Positions 1 to 11,245 of a stretch of DNA of 35,220 nucleotides are shown in pieces. The notes beneath the pieces were generated by a model that made no database searches, was not told the origin of the DNA, and saw only the letters and a program-made list of their open reading frames with translations. The stretch covers positions 1 to 35,220 of the forward strand of contig JAXLNO010000307.1 of assembly GCA_038087875.1 (NCBI GenBank). Reading direction: 5' to 3'. Each line of letters starts with the position of its first letter. Within the stretch, counting starts at the first letter, position 1. The DNA is from Malacoraja senta. Taxonomy: Eukaryota. The translations under genes and the position numbers were made by a program.

Positions 1-132
1 AACACACACACATGAAACACACACACACACACACACACACTCACACACACGCACACACACACACACACACAGAGACACGCACACACACACACATACACAC
101 AGACAACACACACACACACACACGCACATGAA
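1..132. repeat. (CA)n microsatellite with CATGAAA interruptions
   Basis: Directly visible dinucleotide array; runs off the window start. Confidence 0.95.
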
Positions 133-458
133 ACAATGGTGGGCGAGTCCAGAACCAGGGGCCAGTGTCTTAGAATAAAGGGGAGGTCATTTAAGTCTGA
201 GGTGAGAAAAAAACGTTTTCACCCAGAGAGCTGTGAATTTGTGGAATTCCCTGCCACAGAGGGCAGTGGAGGCCAAATCATTGGATGGATTTAAGAGAGA
301 GTTAGATAGAGCTCTAGGGGCTAGTGGAGTCAAAGGATATGGGGAGAAGGCAGGCACGGGTCATTGATAGGGGACGATCAGCCATGATCGCAAAGAATGG
401 CGATGCCGGCTCGAAGGGCCGAATGGCCTCCTCCTGCAACTGTTGTCTATGTTTCTAT
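133..458 (+). mobile_element. CR1/HER1-type LINE 3' fragment
   Basis: ORF2 C-terminal motif (VNLWNSLPQRAVEA-like), 3' UTR GGCTCGAAGGGCCGAATGGCC and CTATGTTTCTATG tail; close match to the copies at 6205-6945 and 29172-30023. Confidence 0.9.
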
Positions 459-459
459 G

Positions 460-615
460 ATCCAGGCAGCAAACGGTCGATGGTCGCACCACCGTACCCG
501 CGTGTCCTGGGAGGGAAGTCGCGGTGTCCACGGGGTATCTGGAACCATTCCCTGAACGCCGGTCGCGGCGGGGGAGGGGGGTCGGGAGCATTGTAGATAA
601 AGACGCCTTTATTGT
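460..615 (+). mobile_element. Degenerate Tx1/L1-clade ORF2 3' end (tentative)
   Basis: Frameshifted translation RTRVSWE..AVSTGYLEPFPERR..VGSIVDKD resembles the extreme C-terminus of Tx1-like ORF2; recognised from memory only. Confidence 0.35.
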
Positions 616-680
616 ATAACTAGACTAAGCCTTCTAGACGATGTTGGCCGCAGGCCGGGGATCTCTGGAGCAGAGTTCAC

Positions 681-1091
681 ACCAAAGATCCCACCGCGAG
701 CAAGATAGTGCACTCGACAAAAAAGATGTCGTGCGGTCATGGGCAGATCCATGGGTAATTTTCGGCCCCATTTCCGTAACCGGCTTCCGTCTCCGCACCA
801 AAGATCCCATCAAAGCGGAGCAAAGATAACTAGTGTGGAGACGGAAGCCGGGTTACGGAAACATCCTCGTAAACATAAAAGTTCTTTGGTGAATAATCTT
901 CTCATTTTCAGAAATATAATTTATTAACACAAACTTCTCCCCCGTAACGTTGATTACACTGCGAGTCGGGTCGGGTCGGGTTATGGAAATGGATGAAAAA
1001 AAGGCCCGTGTTCCGTTCCGTTGCGTACTACACGTCAGCCCATTGCATTTAGCAGGAGTGGTCTATCTTGCTCCGCTATAGGAACTTTGGT
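681..1091. mobile_element. Non-autonomous TIR element (MITE-like) with internal hairpin
   Basis: ACCAAAGATCCCACCGCGAGCAAGATAGTGCACTC (681-715) is an imperfect inverted repeat of GAGTGGTCTATCTTGCTCCGCTATAGGAACTTTGGT (ending 1091); 28-bp internal inverted arms at 771-798 and 833-861. Confidence 0.7.
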
Positions 1092-1269
1092 TCCGACCGC
1101 CAGCCCGCGGCCTACCTCATCTTGAAGCAGCGGTCTCCAGTAGGGAAGCGCCGATTCGGAGGTTTGCGATCCCGACCACGGGGAAAAATGGAGGAGGACA
1201 GACTATACTTTGTGTCTTCCACCACAGTGAATAATGCAGTGGTGGATGTTTTTGTGTTTTTTTTTAAAT

Positions 1270-1760
1270 TTATACAGACTTTACTGCTCTCTTAATGTTA
1301 GGCACTCCCTGATATATTTAAAATACTGCGCCGACTCTACTACTCAAAGTCCAAATTGAACGAGATCTTCTCAAACCTCTCTCCTATTTGTGATAAATGT
1401 CTCCTCCAAGAAGTGACTACAACCCATTCTTTCGCTTCCTGTACAAAGTTCAGGAGGGGGAATATTTGATACCTTTTCCAAAATACTTAAAATTAAACTG
1501 GACCCAGATATATAAAACTGATCACATTAGGAATGTCAGAGGCCTGCTCTAAGCTAACGATATTTCAAAGACGTTTCCTCAATTACGGCCTAATAACGGC
1601 GAAGAAATTAACACTTAAGTTTTGGAACAGACAATGGTCCCTACAGTGAAGTTGTGGATTACAGACATGTCCGAGACAGTACATTAGGCTTGTCTTGGCG
1701 GAAAAAAACAGATCCATTTCTTAAGACATGGACACCCATTACTGAATTTTTACAATAACA
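1270..1760 (+). mobile_element. L1-clade LINE ORF2 C-terminal fragment (CCHC region), decayed
   Basis: FKILRRLYYSKSKLNEIFSNLSPICDKCLLQEVTTTHSFASC gives a C-x2-C-x8-H-x4-C knuckle; downstream NYGLITAKKL and FLKTWTP motifs occur in shifted frames. Confidence 0.8.
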
Positions 1761-1763
1761 GAA

Positions 1764-1812
1764 TTGTGTGTGTGTGTGCGTGTGGGATGTGTGTGTGTGT
1801 GTGTGTGTGTGC

Positions 1813-1847
<35 letters not shown>

Positions 1848-1986
1848 GGGGTGTGTGTGTGTGTGTGTGTGTGTGCGGGGTGTGTGTGTGCGCGGGTGTG
1901 TGTGTGTGTGTGTGTGTGTGCGGGTGTGTGTGTGTGTGTGTGTGCGGGGTGTGTGTGTGTGTGTGTGTGCGGGTGTCTGTGTGCGC

Positions 1987-2025
<39 letters not shown>

Positions 2026-2096
2026 GGGGTGTGTGTGTGAGTGCGGGGGAGTGTGCGTGTGTGTGTGTGTGTGTGTGCGGGGGTGTGTGTGTGTGT
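1764..2096. repeat. (TG)n microsatellite with periodic GCGGG interruptions
   Basis: Directly visible; source of the spurious CV/HT ORFs. Confidence 0.95.
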
Positions 2097-2486
2097 TGGG
2101 TGCTTGGCGTTGCGGGGTGTGGGGGGGAGAGAGCTCGGAGAAAAGACAGGGGCTGTGGGGGAGGGGGGTGGTATAACGGGGGAGGGGGGCAGGAGCCAGC
2201 GAGGGGGACCAGAGTGGAAGGGGGTGGAGCTGATGGTGTGATGGTGACACATAGCGGGCGATGGTCACCGGTCGTTCTCCGCTGAGATCAGATTCCCCGC
2301 GCTGGGCTGGGCCGGGCCCGGTTCCTCCGAAAATTGTCTCCGGTTGGAGACGACAGCCGGCCATCCAGCTCCTCCCTTAGCTCCAGTAAAGACGCGATGG
2401 CGCGGGAAGGGGCGGGACGTCCCGCAGAGCGACAGGAAGACTGATCCACGCAGCGCTGAACGGCAGGAGAGGAGATCGGCACTATC

Positions 2487-2488
2487 TT

Positions 2489-2520
<32 letters not shown>

Positions 2521-2540
2521 TCTCACTCTCTCTCTCTCTC

Positions 2541-2588
<48 letters not shown>

Positions 2589-2598
2589 TCTTGCACTC

Positions 2599-2634
<36 letters not shown>

Positions 2635-2791
2635 TCTCACTCACCCTCTTGCACTCTCACTCTCTCTCTCTCACCCTCTGTGTGTGTTTGTGTGTGTCTC
2701 TCTCTCTCTCACCCTCTTGCACTCTCACTCTCTCTCTCTGTCTCTCACCCTCTCTCTCACTCACCCTCTCTGTCTCTCACCCTCTCACTCG

Positions 2792-2829
<38 letters not shown>

Positions 2830-2870
2830 TTTTCTGTGTCTCTCTCTCTCTCTCTCCTCTCTCTCCCCTT
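2487..2870. repeat. (CT)n microsatellite with CACCCTCTTGCAC interruptions
   Basis: Directly visible. Confidence 0.95.
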
Positions 2871-3008
2871 TCCTTCTTCTTGTGTGTGGCGTGTACAGCC
2901 TAAAGTTGTTGGACAACTTGTTCTATTTGATCTTATGTGTCTGTGCATGCCAGGTTGATTGCATTCGTCGAAACAGGGCAGACCACGTGAAGGTTGCAAT
3001 CTCCCCAC
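2871..3008 (-). mobile_element. Probable RTE-type retroposon 3' end
   Basis: Minus strand ends GCCACACACAAGAAGAAG, a (GAA)n-type tail; family call is from memory. Confidence 0.4.
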
Positions 3009-3220
3009 CCCTGTCTCTCCCTCCACCCCTCTCTCCCTCTCTCCCTCTCTCCCTCTCTCCCTCCCCCCTCCCTCCCTCCCCTCCCTCTCTCCCTTCCCCC
3101 CTCTCCCTCCCCCCTCCCTCACTGTGAGGCCACTCTCAGGGGGCTGTGGACATGAGCTCCTAGATCTCACTGCTTTGCAGCAGGGAGGGTGCGGATGGGA
3201 CGGGATGAGAGAGACAGAAA

Positions 3221-3285
3221 TATAACCATAACATAACATAACAGCACGGAAACAGGCCATCTCGGCCCTTCAAGTCCGTGCCGAA
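3221..3285 (-). mobile_element. Very short 3' tail of the long CR1 subfamily
   Basis: Reverse complement of 11281-11336 (CACGGACTTGAAGGGCCGAGATGGCCTGTTTCCGTGCTGTTATG). Confidence 0.85.
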
Positions 3286-3853
3286 ATCTAGGCCCTAAAC
3301 TCAAATCATGGGCCTTAACTGAAAATCTAGGCCCTAAACTCAATTCATGGCCCTAAACTCAGATCAAGGCAGTCAAATCTAGGCCCTAAACTCAAATCTC
3401 AGCCCTAAACTCAAATCAAGGCAGTCACATCTAGGCCCTAAACTCAAATCTAGGCCCTAAACGCAAATCTAGGCCCTAAACTCAAATCTAGGCCCTAAAC
3501 GTAAATCTAGGCTCGAAACTCAAATCTAGGCGCGAAACTCAAACCTAGGCCCTAAACTCAAATCTAGGCCTTAAACTCAAATCTAGGCCCTAACCCCAAA
3601 TCATGGCTTTAAACTCAAATCAAGGCAGTCAAATCTAGGCCCTAAACTCAAATCTAGGCCCTAAACTCAAAAGGCAGTCAAATCTAGGCCCTAAACTCAA
3701 ATCATGGCTTTAAACTCAAATCTAGGCCCTAAACTCAAATCTCAGCCCTAAACACAAATCATGGCAGTCAAATCTAGGCCCTAAACTCAAATCTAGGCCC
3801 TAAACTCAAATCTAGGCCCTAAACTCAAATCAAGGCAAAGTCAAATCTAGGCC
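3284..3853. repeat. 19-bp minisatellite TCAAATCTAGGCCCTAAAC with interspersed 14-bp variant TCAAATCAAGGCAG
   Basis: About 30 head-to-tail units read directly; 2-3 further degenerate units at about 3938-3982. Confidence 0.95.
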
Positions 3854-3895
3854 ATAGCCAGGGGAGGCTGTGGGGAGCGGGAGAGACGAGGAGTG

Positions 3896-3933
<38 letters not shown>

Positions 3934-4236
3934 AGCGATTTAGGCCCAAAATCCAAATCTAGCCCTGAACTCAAATCTAGGCATTAGCACGAGAGGGGAG
4001 AGAGAAAGAAGATGGAGAGAGAGGGGGAGGGAGAGAGAGACAGGAAGGGGAGAGAGGGGGAGCGTGAGGGGAGAAAATGGGGAGAGTGGCGATCGATCCA
4101 TCGAGCCACCGCCAGGACAAGAGATGGGGGAGCTCACGGTTCCCAATCCAGTAAACGGATTGTGGATCATGGCTGCCCACAAACTTCTAGAAGAGGCAGA
4201 GAGGGAATGGGTGATGGTCCATCCGCATCAAACCAT

Positions 4237-4396
4237 CACACACACGCACGCACGCACGCACACACATGCACGCACGCACACACATACACACGCACGCACG
4301 CACACACGCACGCACGCACACACACACACACACATGCGCACGCACACACACACACACATGCACATGAAACACACACACACACACACACACATGAAA

Positions 4397-4428
<32 letters not shown>

Positions 4429-4587
4429 TGAAACACACACACATGAAACACACACACACACACACACACAGACAGACACACATACACACACACACACACA
4501 CGCACATGAAACACACACACACACACGCACATGAAACACACACACACACACACACACAGACAGACACACACGCACGCACGCACACAC
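4237..4587. repeat. (CA)n/(CACG)n microsatellite with CATGAAA interruptions
   Basis: Directly visible. Confidence 0.95.
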
Positions 4588-4724
4588 CACGTGGCCCAGA
4601 TATATTTCCACCAGTGACACCATTGTCAACATCTGCCTCGTGCTGATCCACTGTAGATGATTGGACATGATGTGTTGGAAAGAACAGTAGATGTTGGTTT
4701 AAATGGAAGGTAGATACAAAAGAA

Positions 4725-5244
4725 GGAAATACATTCTTGCCATAGAGGAGTACAGAGAAGGTTCACCAGACTGATTCCTGGGATGTCAGAACTTTCATAT
4801 GAAGAAAGACTGGATAGACTCGGCTTGTACTCGCTAGAATTTAGAAGATTGAGGGGGGATCTTATAGCAACTTACAAAATTCTTAAGGGTTGGACACGCT
4901 AGATGCAGGAAGATTGTTCCCGATGTTGGGGAAGTCCAGAACAAGGGGTCACAGTTTAAGTATAAGGGGGAAGTCTTTAAGGACCGAGATGAGAAAAACA
5001 TTTTTCACACAGAGAATGGTGAATCTGTGGAATTCTCTGCCACAGAAGGTAGTTGAGACCAGTTCATTGGCTATATTTAAGAGGGAGTTAGATGTGGCCC
5101 TTGTGGCTCAAGGGATCAGAGGGTATGGAGAGAAGGCAGGTACAGGATATTGAGTTGGATGATCAGCCATGATCATATTGAATGGCAGTGCAGGCTCGAA
5201 GGGCCGAATGGCCCAACTCCTGCACCTATTTTCTATGTTTCTAT
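4725..5244 (+). mobile_element. CR1-type LINE 3' fragment
   Basis: ORF 4890..5153 (LDAGRLFPMLGKSRTRGHSL..LWNSLPQKVVE) plus TTTCTATGTTTCTAT tail. Confidence 0.92.
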
Positions 5245-5759
5245 CAATGTGATCAGTGATGGGCCTGGATTACCTGTGACATTTCATTAAATCTTGACAC
5301 ATGACGTAAAATAAATAAACCTTTCATTTTATTTCAAATGTTCGACTATGAAGGGTTAACTCTAGCTCAGTATCCATAATTAATTTCATATTTAATGAGC
5401 GTATTGCAGCTCGATCCACGCAGGTAAAGCCGGCAGGTGGTGATGCATTAATTTGATATTTTCATCTTAACTAACACTTCGGAGAAATACTAATTAGCTC
5501 TCTCGGGTACACAATTGAAAGTACAGCAGAAAATGCAGGAAAACTTAAAATGCCGCTTCTGATCAGCGAACGGGGGAATTGAGTAACCCTTCGTCGAGCG
5601 GGGAATATTAGTTCCAGCCGGTTCAATCTGCAGTCTATTTTGTATTGAACTACTTCAGACCAGTGGACAGGTAGATGTGAATTCAAACCCACAGACCAGA
5701 CAGCAAGGTGGGTCTGAGCGCAAATGACCGACTCACCCGTCTGCGATGTCCACAGTGGT

Positions 5760-6175
5760 TTAGAAACATAGAAAGATAGAAAATAGGTGCAGGAGTAGGC
5801 CTTTTGACCCTTCGAGCCAGCACCACATGATCATGGCTGATCATCCTAAATCAGTACCCCGTTCCTGCTTTCTCCCCATATCACTTTATTCCGTTAGCCC
5901 TGAGCTATTTCTAACTCCATCGTGAAAACATCCAGCGAATTGGCCTCCACTGCCTTCTGTGGCAGAGAATCCCACAGATTCACAACTCTCTGGGTGAAAA
6001 CGTCTTTTCTCATCTTAGTCCGAAATGGCCGACCCCTTATCCTTAAACTGTGTGTGGCCCCTGGTTCTGGACTCCCCCAACATCGGGAAAATTTTCCTGC
6101 ATCTCGCCAGTCCAATCCCTGAATAACTGTGTATGTTTCTATAAGATGCCCTCTCATCCTTCAAATCTCCAGTGA
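5760..6175 (-). mobile_element. CR1-type LINE 3' fragment
   Basis: ORF 5894..6157 (RGHLIETY..FTQRVVNLWDSLPQKAVEA); AGAAACATAGAAA tail on +. Confidence 0.9.
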
Positions 6176-6204
6176 ATTTAGAGAGATCTCTCACACACTC
6201 AATC

Positions 6205-6945
6205 TGTTAGGTTAGGTAAGGAGGAGGTACAGCTAGACCTGGGTGTCCTTGTACACCGGTCACTGAAAGTAGGCGTGCAGGTACAGCAGGCAGTGAAGAA
6301 AGCTAATGGAATGTTGGCCTTCATAACAAGTGGATTTCAGTATAGGAGTAAAGAGGTTCTTCTGCAGTTGTATAGGGCTCTGGTAAGACCACATCTGGAG
6401 TATTGTGTACAGTTTTGGTCTCCTAATTTGAGGAACGACATCCTTGTGATTGAGGCAGTGCAGCGTAGGTTCACGAGATTGATCATATGAGGCAAGATTG
6501 AAAAGACTGGGCTTGTATTCACTGGAGTTTAGAAGGATGAGGGGGAATCTTATAGAAGCATATAAAATTATAAAAGGACTGGACAAGCTAGATGCAGGAA
6601 AAATGTTCCCAATGTTGGGCGAGTTCAGAACTAGGGGCCACACAGTCTTAGAATAAAGGGGAGGTCATTTAAGACTGAGGTGAGAAAAAACTTTTTCACC
6701 CAGAGGGTTGTGAATTTGTGGAATTCCCTGCCACAGAGGGCAGTGGAGGCCAAGTCACTGGATGGATTTAAGAGAGAGTTAGATAGAGCTCTAGGAGCTA
6801 GTGGAGTCAAGGGATATGGGGAGAAGGCAGGCACGGGTTATTGATAGGGGACGATCAGCCATGATCACAATGAATGGCGGTGTTGGCTCGAAGGGCCAAA
6901 TGGCCTCCTCCTGCACCTATTGTCTATGTTTCTATGTTTCTATGT
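6205..6945 (+). mobile_element. CR1-type LINE 3' fragment with small internal deletion
   Basis: ORF 6275..6490 ([29 protein letters not shown]); (TTTCTATG)n tail. Confidence 0.92.
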
Positions 6946-7361
6946 ATTTCTGTGCCTATATATCAATGAATTTAAGAAAGTATTTCTCCCTCTGTGATGT
7001 GTATATCTGGGACACATAGAGACTGAAAGAAACACTTCAATGGTCAGGGATATTTAAAAATGAACAACCTATTTGACAGGCAGTTATATTATTATAAATA
7101 TATATTATTTTGTTGTTTACTCTGCCCCTTTGAGAAAATTAGACACCTATTAATGTTTAATTCCTGAGATTTCCAGGCTGTAGTTCAGTTTGAGGACAGT
7201 GAAGCAAGCACCTGTTGGACACTTGCGAGGGAGATGACCGATGGGCCTCCGTTGTTAGTAACACCACCACCCAATATAGTGTCGCCACTGTTGTGCAGTC
7301 AGTTGTGTGTCCACTGTGTGGCTACAACTGGGGAGGCCGATGACAGACAGAGCACATTTGA

Positions 7362-8385
7362 GATTACAGGTAGACAAAAATGCTGGAGAAACTCAGTGGG
7401 TGCAGCAGCATTGAAACATAGAAACATAGAAACATAGAAAATAGGTGCAGGAATAGGCCATTCGGCCCTTCGAGCCTGCACCGCCATTCAATATGATCAT
7501 GGCTGATCATCCAACTCAGTATCCTGTACCTGCCTTCTCACCATACCCCCTGATCCCTTTAGCCACAAGGGCCACGTCTAACTCCCTCTTAAATATAGCT
7601 AATGAACTGGCCTCAACTACCTTCTGTGGCAGAGAATTCCACAGATTCACCACTCTCTGTTTAAAAAATGATTTTCTCATCTCAGTCCTAAAAGATGTCC
7701 CCTTTATCCTTAAACTGTGACCCCTTGTCCTGGACATCCCCAACATCGGGAACAATCTTCCTGCATCTAGCCTGTCCAACCCCTTAAGAATTTTGTAAGT
7801 TTGTATAAGATCCCCCCTCAATCTTCAAATATTCCAGCGAGTACAAGCCGAGTCTATCCAGTCTTTCTTCATATGAAAGTCCTGACATCCCAGGGATCAG
7901 TCTGGTGAACCTTCTCTGTACTCCCTCTATGGCAAGAATGTCTTTCCTCAGATTAGGAGACCAAAACTGTACGCAATACTCCAGGTGTGGTCTCATCTAT
8001 GGAGCGAAGGAAATAGGCAACGTTTCGTGCCGAAACCCTTCAACAGACTGATAGGGGGTGGGGGGAGAAGAAAGGAAAAAGGAGAAGGAGGAGCCCGAGG
8101 GCTGAGGGTGAGCTGGGAAGGGGAGGAGACAGCAAGGGCTAACAAAATTGGGAGAATTCAATGTTCATGCCCCCCAGGATGCAGACTCCCCAAGCGGAAT
8201 ATGAGGTGCTGTTTCTCCAATTTCCGGTGTTGCTCACTCTGGTCATGGAGGAGGCCCAGGAGAGAAAGTTCGGATACGGAATGGGAGGGGGAGTTGAAGT
8301 GCTGAGCCACCGGGAGGTCAGGTTGGTTATTGCAGAGGTGTTCGGCGAAACGATCGCCAAGCCTCCGCTTACAGAACCGGTGATT
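7362..8385 (-). mobile_element. Penelope-like element 3' part (GIY-YIG C-terminus plus terminal region), interrupted by a CR1
   Basis: KRRLGDRFAEHL..PDLPVAQHFNSPSH..KLEKQHLIFRLGSLHPGGMNIEF is the PLE GIY-YIG tail; 7362-7411 joins 7994 onward across a duplicated CAT. Confidence 0.8.
7412..7993 (-). mobile_element. CR1-type LINE 3' fragment nested in Penelope
   Basis: ORFs 7784..7996 and 7516..7821 are CR1 ORF2 C-terminal pieces; (GAAACATA)3 tail at 7413-7440. Confidence 0.93.
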
Positions 8386-8564
8386 CCAGTGGTGTGTCAA
8401 ATGATCATGGAAACAGCACGGAAACAGGCCCTTCGCCCCGACTCATCCAGGCAGATTGAGGACTATCTACCTTAATCTCATTCCCTTGTATTTGTTCCAT
8501 TCATACCCATATCCCTGATATATGATGAAATAATGGATTGACCAGGGTAATATGCACTGCAATT

Positions 8565-8712
8565 TGGAAGGATGAGAGGCCATCTGTTCGAAACATATAA
8601 AATTCTTAAAGGATTGGGCAGGCGAGATGCGGAAAAATGTTCCAGATGTTGGTGGAGTCCAGAACCAGGTGGTCACAGTTTAAGAATAAGGGGTAGGCGA
8701 TTTAAGACTGAG
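8565..8712 (+). mobile_element. Older CR1 internal fragment
   Basis: [29 protein letters not shown], then stops abruptly at the long element. Confidence 0.8.
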
Positions 8713-8713
8713 G

Positions 8714-11245
8714 GTGGAACTGAGAAATGGGAAAGGTGTAGCAACAATTATAGGGGTGTATTATAGACCGCCAAATGGGGAGCGAGAATTGGAAGAGCAA
8801 ATATGTAAGGATATAGCAGATATTAGTAGTAAGCACAAGGTAGTGATTGTGGGAGATTTCAATTTTCCACACATAGACTGGGAAACACATTCTGTAAAAG
8901 GGCTGGATGGTTTGGAGTTTGGAAAATGTGTGCAGGATAGTTTTTTGCAGCAATACATAGAGGTACCTACTAGAGAAGGGGCAGTGCTGGACCTCCTGTT
9001 AGGAAATGAGACAGGGCAGGTGGCAGAGGTATGCTTCGGGGAGCACTTCGGGTCCAGTGATCACAATACCATTAGTTTCAATATAATTATGGAGAGGGTC
9101 AGAACTGGACCTCAGGTTGAGATTTTTGATTGGAGAAAGGCTAACTTTGAGGAGATGCGAAAGGATTTAAAAGGAGTGAATTGGGACATGTTGTTTTATG
9201 GGAAGGATGTAGAAGAGAAATGGAGGACATTTAAAGGTGACATTTTAAGAGTACAGAATCTTCATGTCCCTGTTCGGTTGAAAGGTAATAGTAAAAATTG
9301 GAAAGAGCCATGGTTTTCAAGGGAAATTGGACACTTGGTTCGGAAAAAGAGAGAGATCTACAATAATTATAGGCAGCATGGAGTAAATGAGGTGCTTGAG
9401 GAGTATAAAGAATGCAAAAAGAATATTAAGAAAGAAATTAGAAAAGCTAAAAGAAGATATGAAGTTGCTTTGGCAAGTAAGTTGAAAGTAAATCCAAAGG
9501 CTTTCTACAGCTATATTAATAGCAAAAGGATAACAAGGAATACAATTGGTCCATTAGAGAGTCAGAGTGGACAGCTATCTGCAGAGCCAAAAGAGATGGG
9601 GGAGATATTGAACAATTTCTTTTCTTCGGTATTCACCAAGGAAAAGGATATGGAATTATGTGAGGTAAGGGAAACAAGCAGAGTAGCAATGGAAACTGTG
9701 AGATTCAAAGAAGAGGAGGTGCGGACACTTTTGAAAAATATGCAAACGGATAAGTCTCCAGGTCCTGACAGGATATTCCCTAGGACATTGAGGGAAGTTA
9801 GTGTAGAAATAGCAGGGGCTATGACAGAAATATTTCAAATGTCATTAGAAACGGGAATAGTGCCGGAGGATTGGCGTACTGCGCATGTTGTTCCGTTGTT
9901 TAAAAAGGGTTCTAAGAGTAAACCTAACAATTATAGACCTGTTAGTTTGACGTCAGTGGTGGGCAAATTAATGGAAAGGATACTTAAAGATAATATATAT
10001 AAGCATCTGGATAAGCAGGGTCTGATTAGGAACAGTCAACATGGATTTGTGCCTGGAAGGTCATGCTTGACTAATCTTCTTGAATTTTTCGAAGAGGTTA
10101 CCAGGGAAATTGATGAGGGTAAAGCAGTGGATGTTGTATATATGGACTTCAGTAAGGCCTTTGACAAGGTTCCTCATGGAAGGTTGGTTAAGAAGATTCA
10201 ATTGTTTGGTATTAATGGTGGAGTAGCAAGATGGATTCAACAGTGGCTGAATGGGAGATGCCAGGGAGTAATGGTGGATGGCTATTTGTCAGGTTGGAGG
10301 CCGGTGACTAGTGGGGTGCCTCAGGGTTCTGTGTTGGGTCCACTGTTGTTTGTCATGTACATCAATGATCTGGATGATGGTGTGGAAAATTGGATTAGTA
10401 AGTATGCAGATGATACTAAGATAGGCGGTGTTGTGGATAATGAAGTAGATTTTCGAAGTCTACAGAGAGATTTATGCCATTTGGAAGAGTGGGCTGAAAG
10501 ATGGCAGATGGAGTTTAATGCTGACAAATGTGAGGTGCTACATCTCGGCAGGACAAATCAAAATAGGACGTACATGGTAAATGGTAGCGAATTGAGGAAT
10601 GCAGTTGAACAGAGGGATCTAGGAATAACTGTGCATAGTTCCCTGAAGGTGGAATCTCATGTAGTTAGGGTGGTAAAGAAAGCTTTTGGTGTGCTGGCCT
10701 TTATAAATCAGAGCATTGAATACAGAATTTGGGATGTAATGTTAAAATTGTACAAGGCCTTGATGAGGCCAATTCTGGAGTATGGAGTACAATTTTGGTC
10801 GCCTAATTTTAGGAAGGATGTCAACAAAATAGAGAGAGTACAGAGGAGATTTACTAGAATGTTGCCTGGGTTTCACCAACTAAGTTACAGTGAAAGGTTG
10901 AACAAGTTAGGTCTTTATTCTTTGGAGCGCAGAAGGTTAAGAGGGGACTTGATAGAGGTCATTAAAATTATGAGCGGGTTAGACAGAGTGGACGTGGATA
11001 AGCTTTTCCCATTGAGAGTAGGGAAGATTCAAACAAGGGGACATGACTTGAGAATTAAGGGACAGAAGTTTAGGGGGAACATTAGGGGGAACTTCTTTAT
11101 TCAGAGAGTGGTAGCTGTGCGGAATGAGCTTCCAGTGGTAGTGGTGGAGGCAGGTTCGATGTTATCCTTTAAAAATAGATTGGATGGGTATATGGACGGG
11201 AAAGGAATGGAGGGTTATGGTCTGAGTGCAGGTAGATGGGACTAG
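8714..11245 (+). CDS. CR1-clade LINE ORF2 (5'-truncated APE endonuclease plus complete reverse transcriptase); element extends to about 11336
   Basis: 843 uninterrupted codons: IGVYYRPP, VGDFNFP, SDH (APE); KSPGPD, YRPVSLTS, QHGF, DFSKAFD, GVPQGSVLGP, YADD (RT); CR1 C-terminal LEYGVQFWSP and TRGH. Starts at GTG mid-domain, so this is not a true start. Confidence 0.95.
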   Translation: MELRNGKGVATIIGVYYRPPNGERELEEQICKDIADISSKHKVVIVGDFNFPHIDWETHSVKGLDGLEFGKCVQDSFLQQYIEVPTREGAVLDLLLGNETGQVAEVCFGEHFGSSDHNTISFNIIMERVRTGPQVEIFDWRKANFEEMRKDLKGVNWDMLFYGKDVEEKWRTFKGDILRVQNLHVPVRLKGNSKNWKEPWFSREIGHLVRKKREIYNNYRQHGVNEVLEEYKECKKNIKKEIRKAKRRYEVALASKLKVNPKAFYSYINSKRITRNTIGPLESQSGQLSAEPKEMGEILNNFFSSVFTKEKDMELCEVRETSRVAMETVRFKEEEVRTLLKNMQTDKSPGPDRIFPRTLREVSVEIAGAMTEIFQMSLETGIVPEDWRTAHVVPLFKKGSKSKPNNYRPVSLTSVVGKLMERILKDNIYKHLDKQGLIRNSQHGFVPGRSCLTNLLEFFEEVTREIDEGKAVDVVYMDFSKAFDKVPHGRLVKKIQLFGINGGVARWIQQWLNGRCQGVMVDGYLSGWRPVTSGVPQGSVLGPLLFVMYINDLDDGVENWISKYADDTKIGGVVDNEVDFRSLQRDLCHLEEWAERWQMEFNADKCEVLHLGRTNQNRTYMVNGSELRNAVEQRDLGITVHSSLKVESHVVRVVKKAFGVLAFINQSIEYRIWDVMLKLYKALMRPILEYGVQFWSPNFRKDVNKIERVQRRFTRMLPGFHQLSYSERLNKLGLYSLERRRLRGDLIEVIKIMSGLDRVDVDKLFPLRVGKIQTRGHDLRIKGQKFRGNIRGNFFIQRVVAVRNELPVVVVEAGSMLSFKNRLDGYMDGKGMEGYGLSAGRWD

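Noticed and set aside
618..632. ACTAGACTAAG as a minus-strand Helitron 3' end
   Set aside because: Only about 11 bp match and there is no adjoining hairpin or sub-terminal units.
3284..3853. CRISPR-like array
   Set aside because: Units are contiguous with no unique spacers, there are no cas genes, and the context is vertebrate.
1659..4668. Long His/Thr, Cys/Val, Ser/Leu and Glu/Arg ORFs (also 23457-24557 and 32374-34873)
   Set aside because: Translations of CA/TG, CT/GA and TCTA microsatellites.
5345..5430. Possible first exon of a second GPCR ending CAG|GTAAAG
   Set aside because: The ATG at 5348 hits a stop after three codons, there is no TM1-like sequence, and no plus-strand second exon exists in the window.
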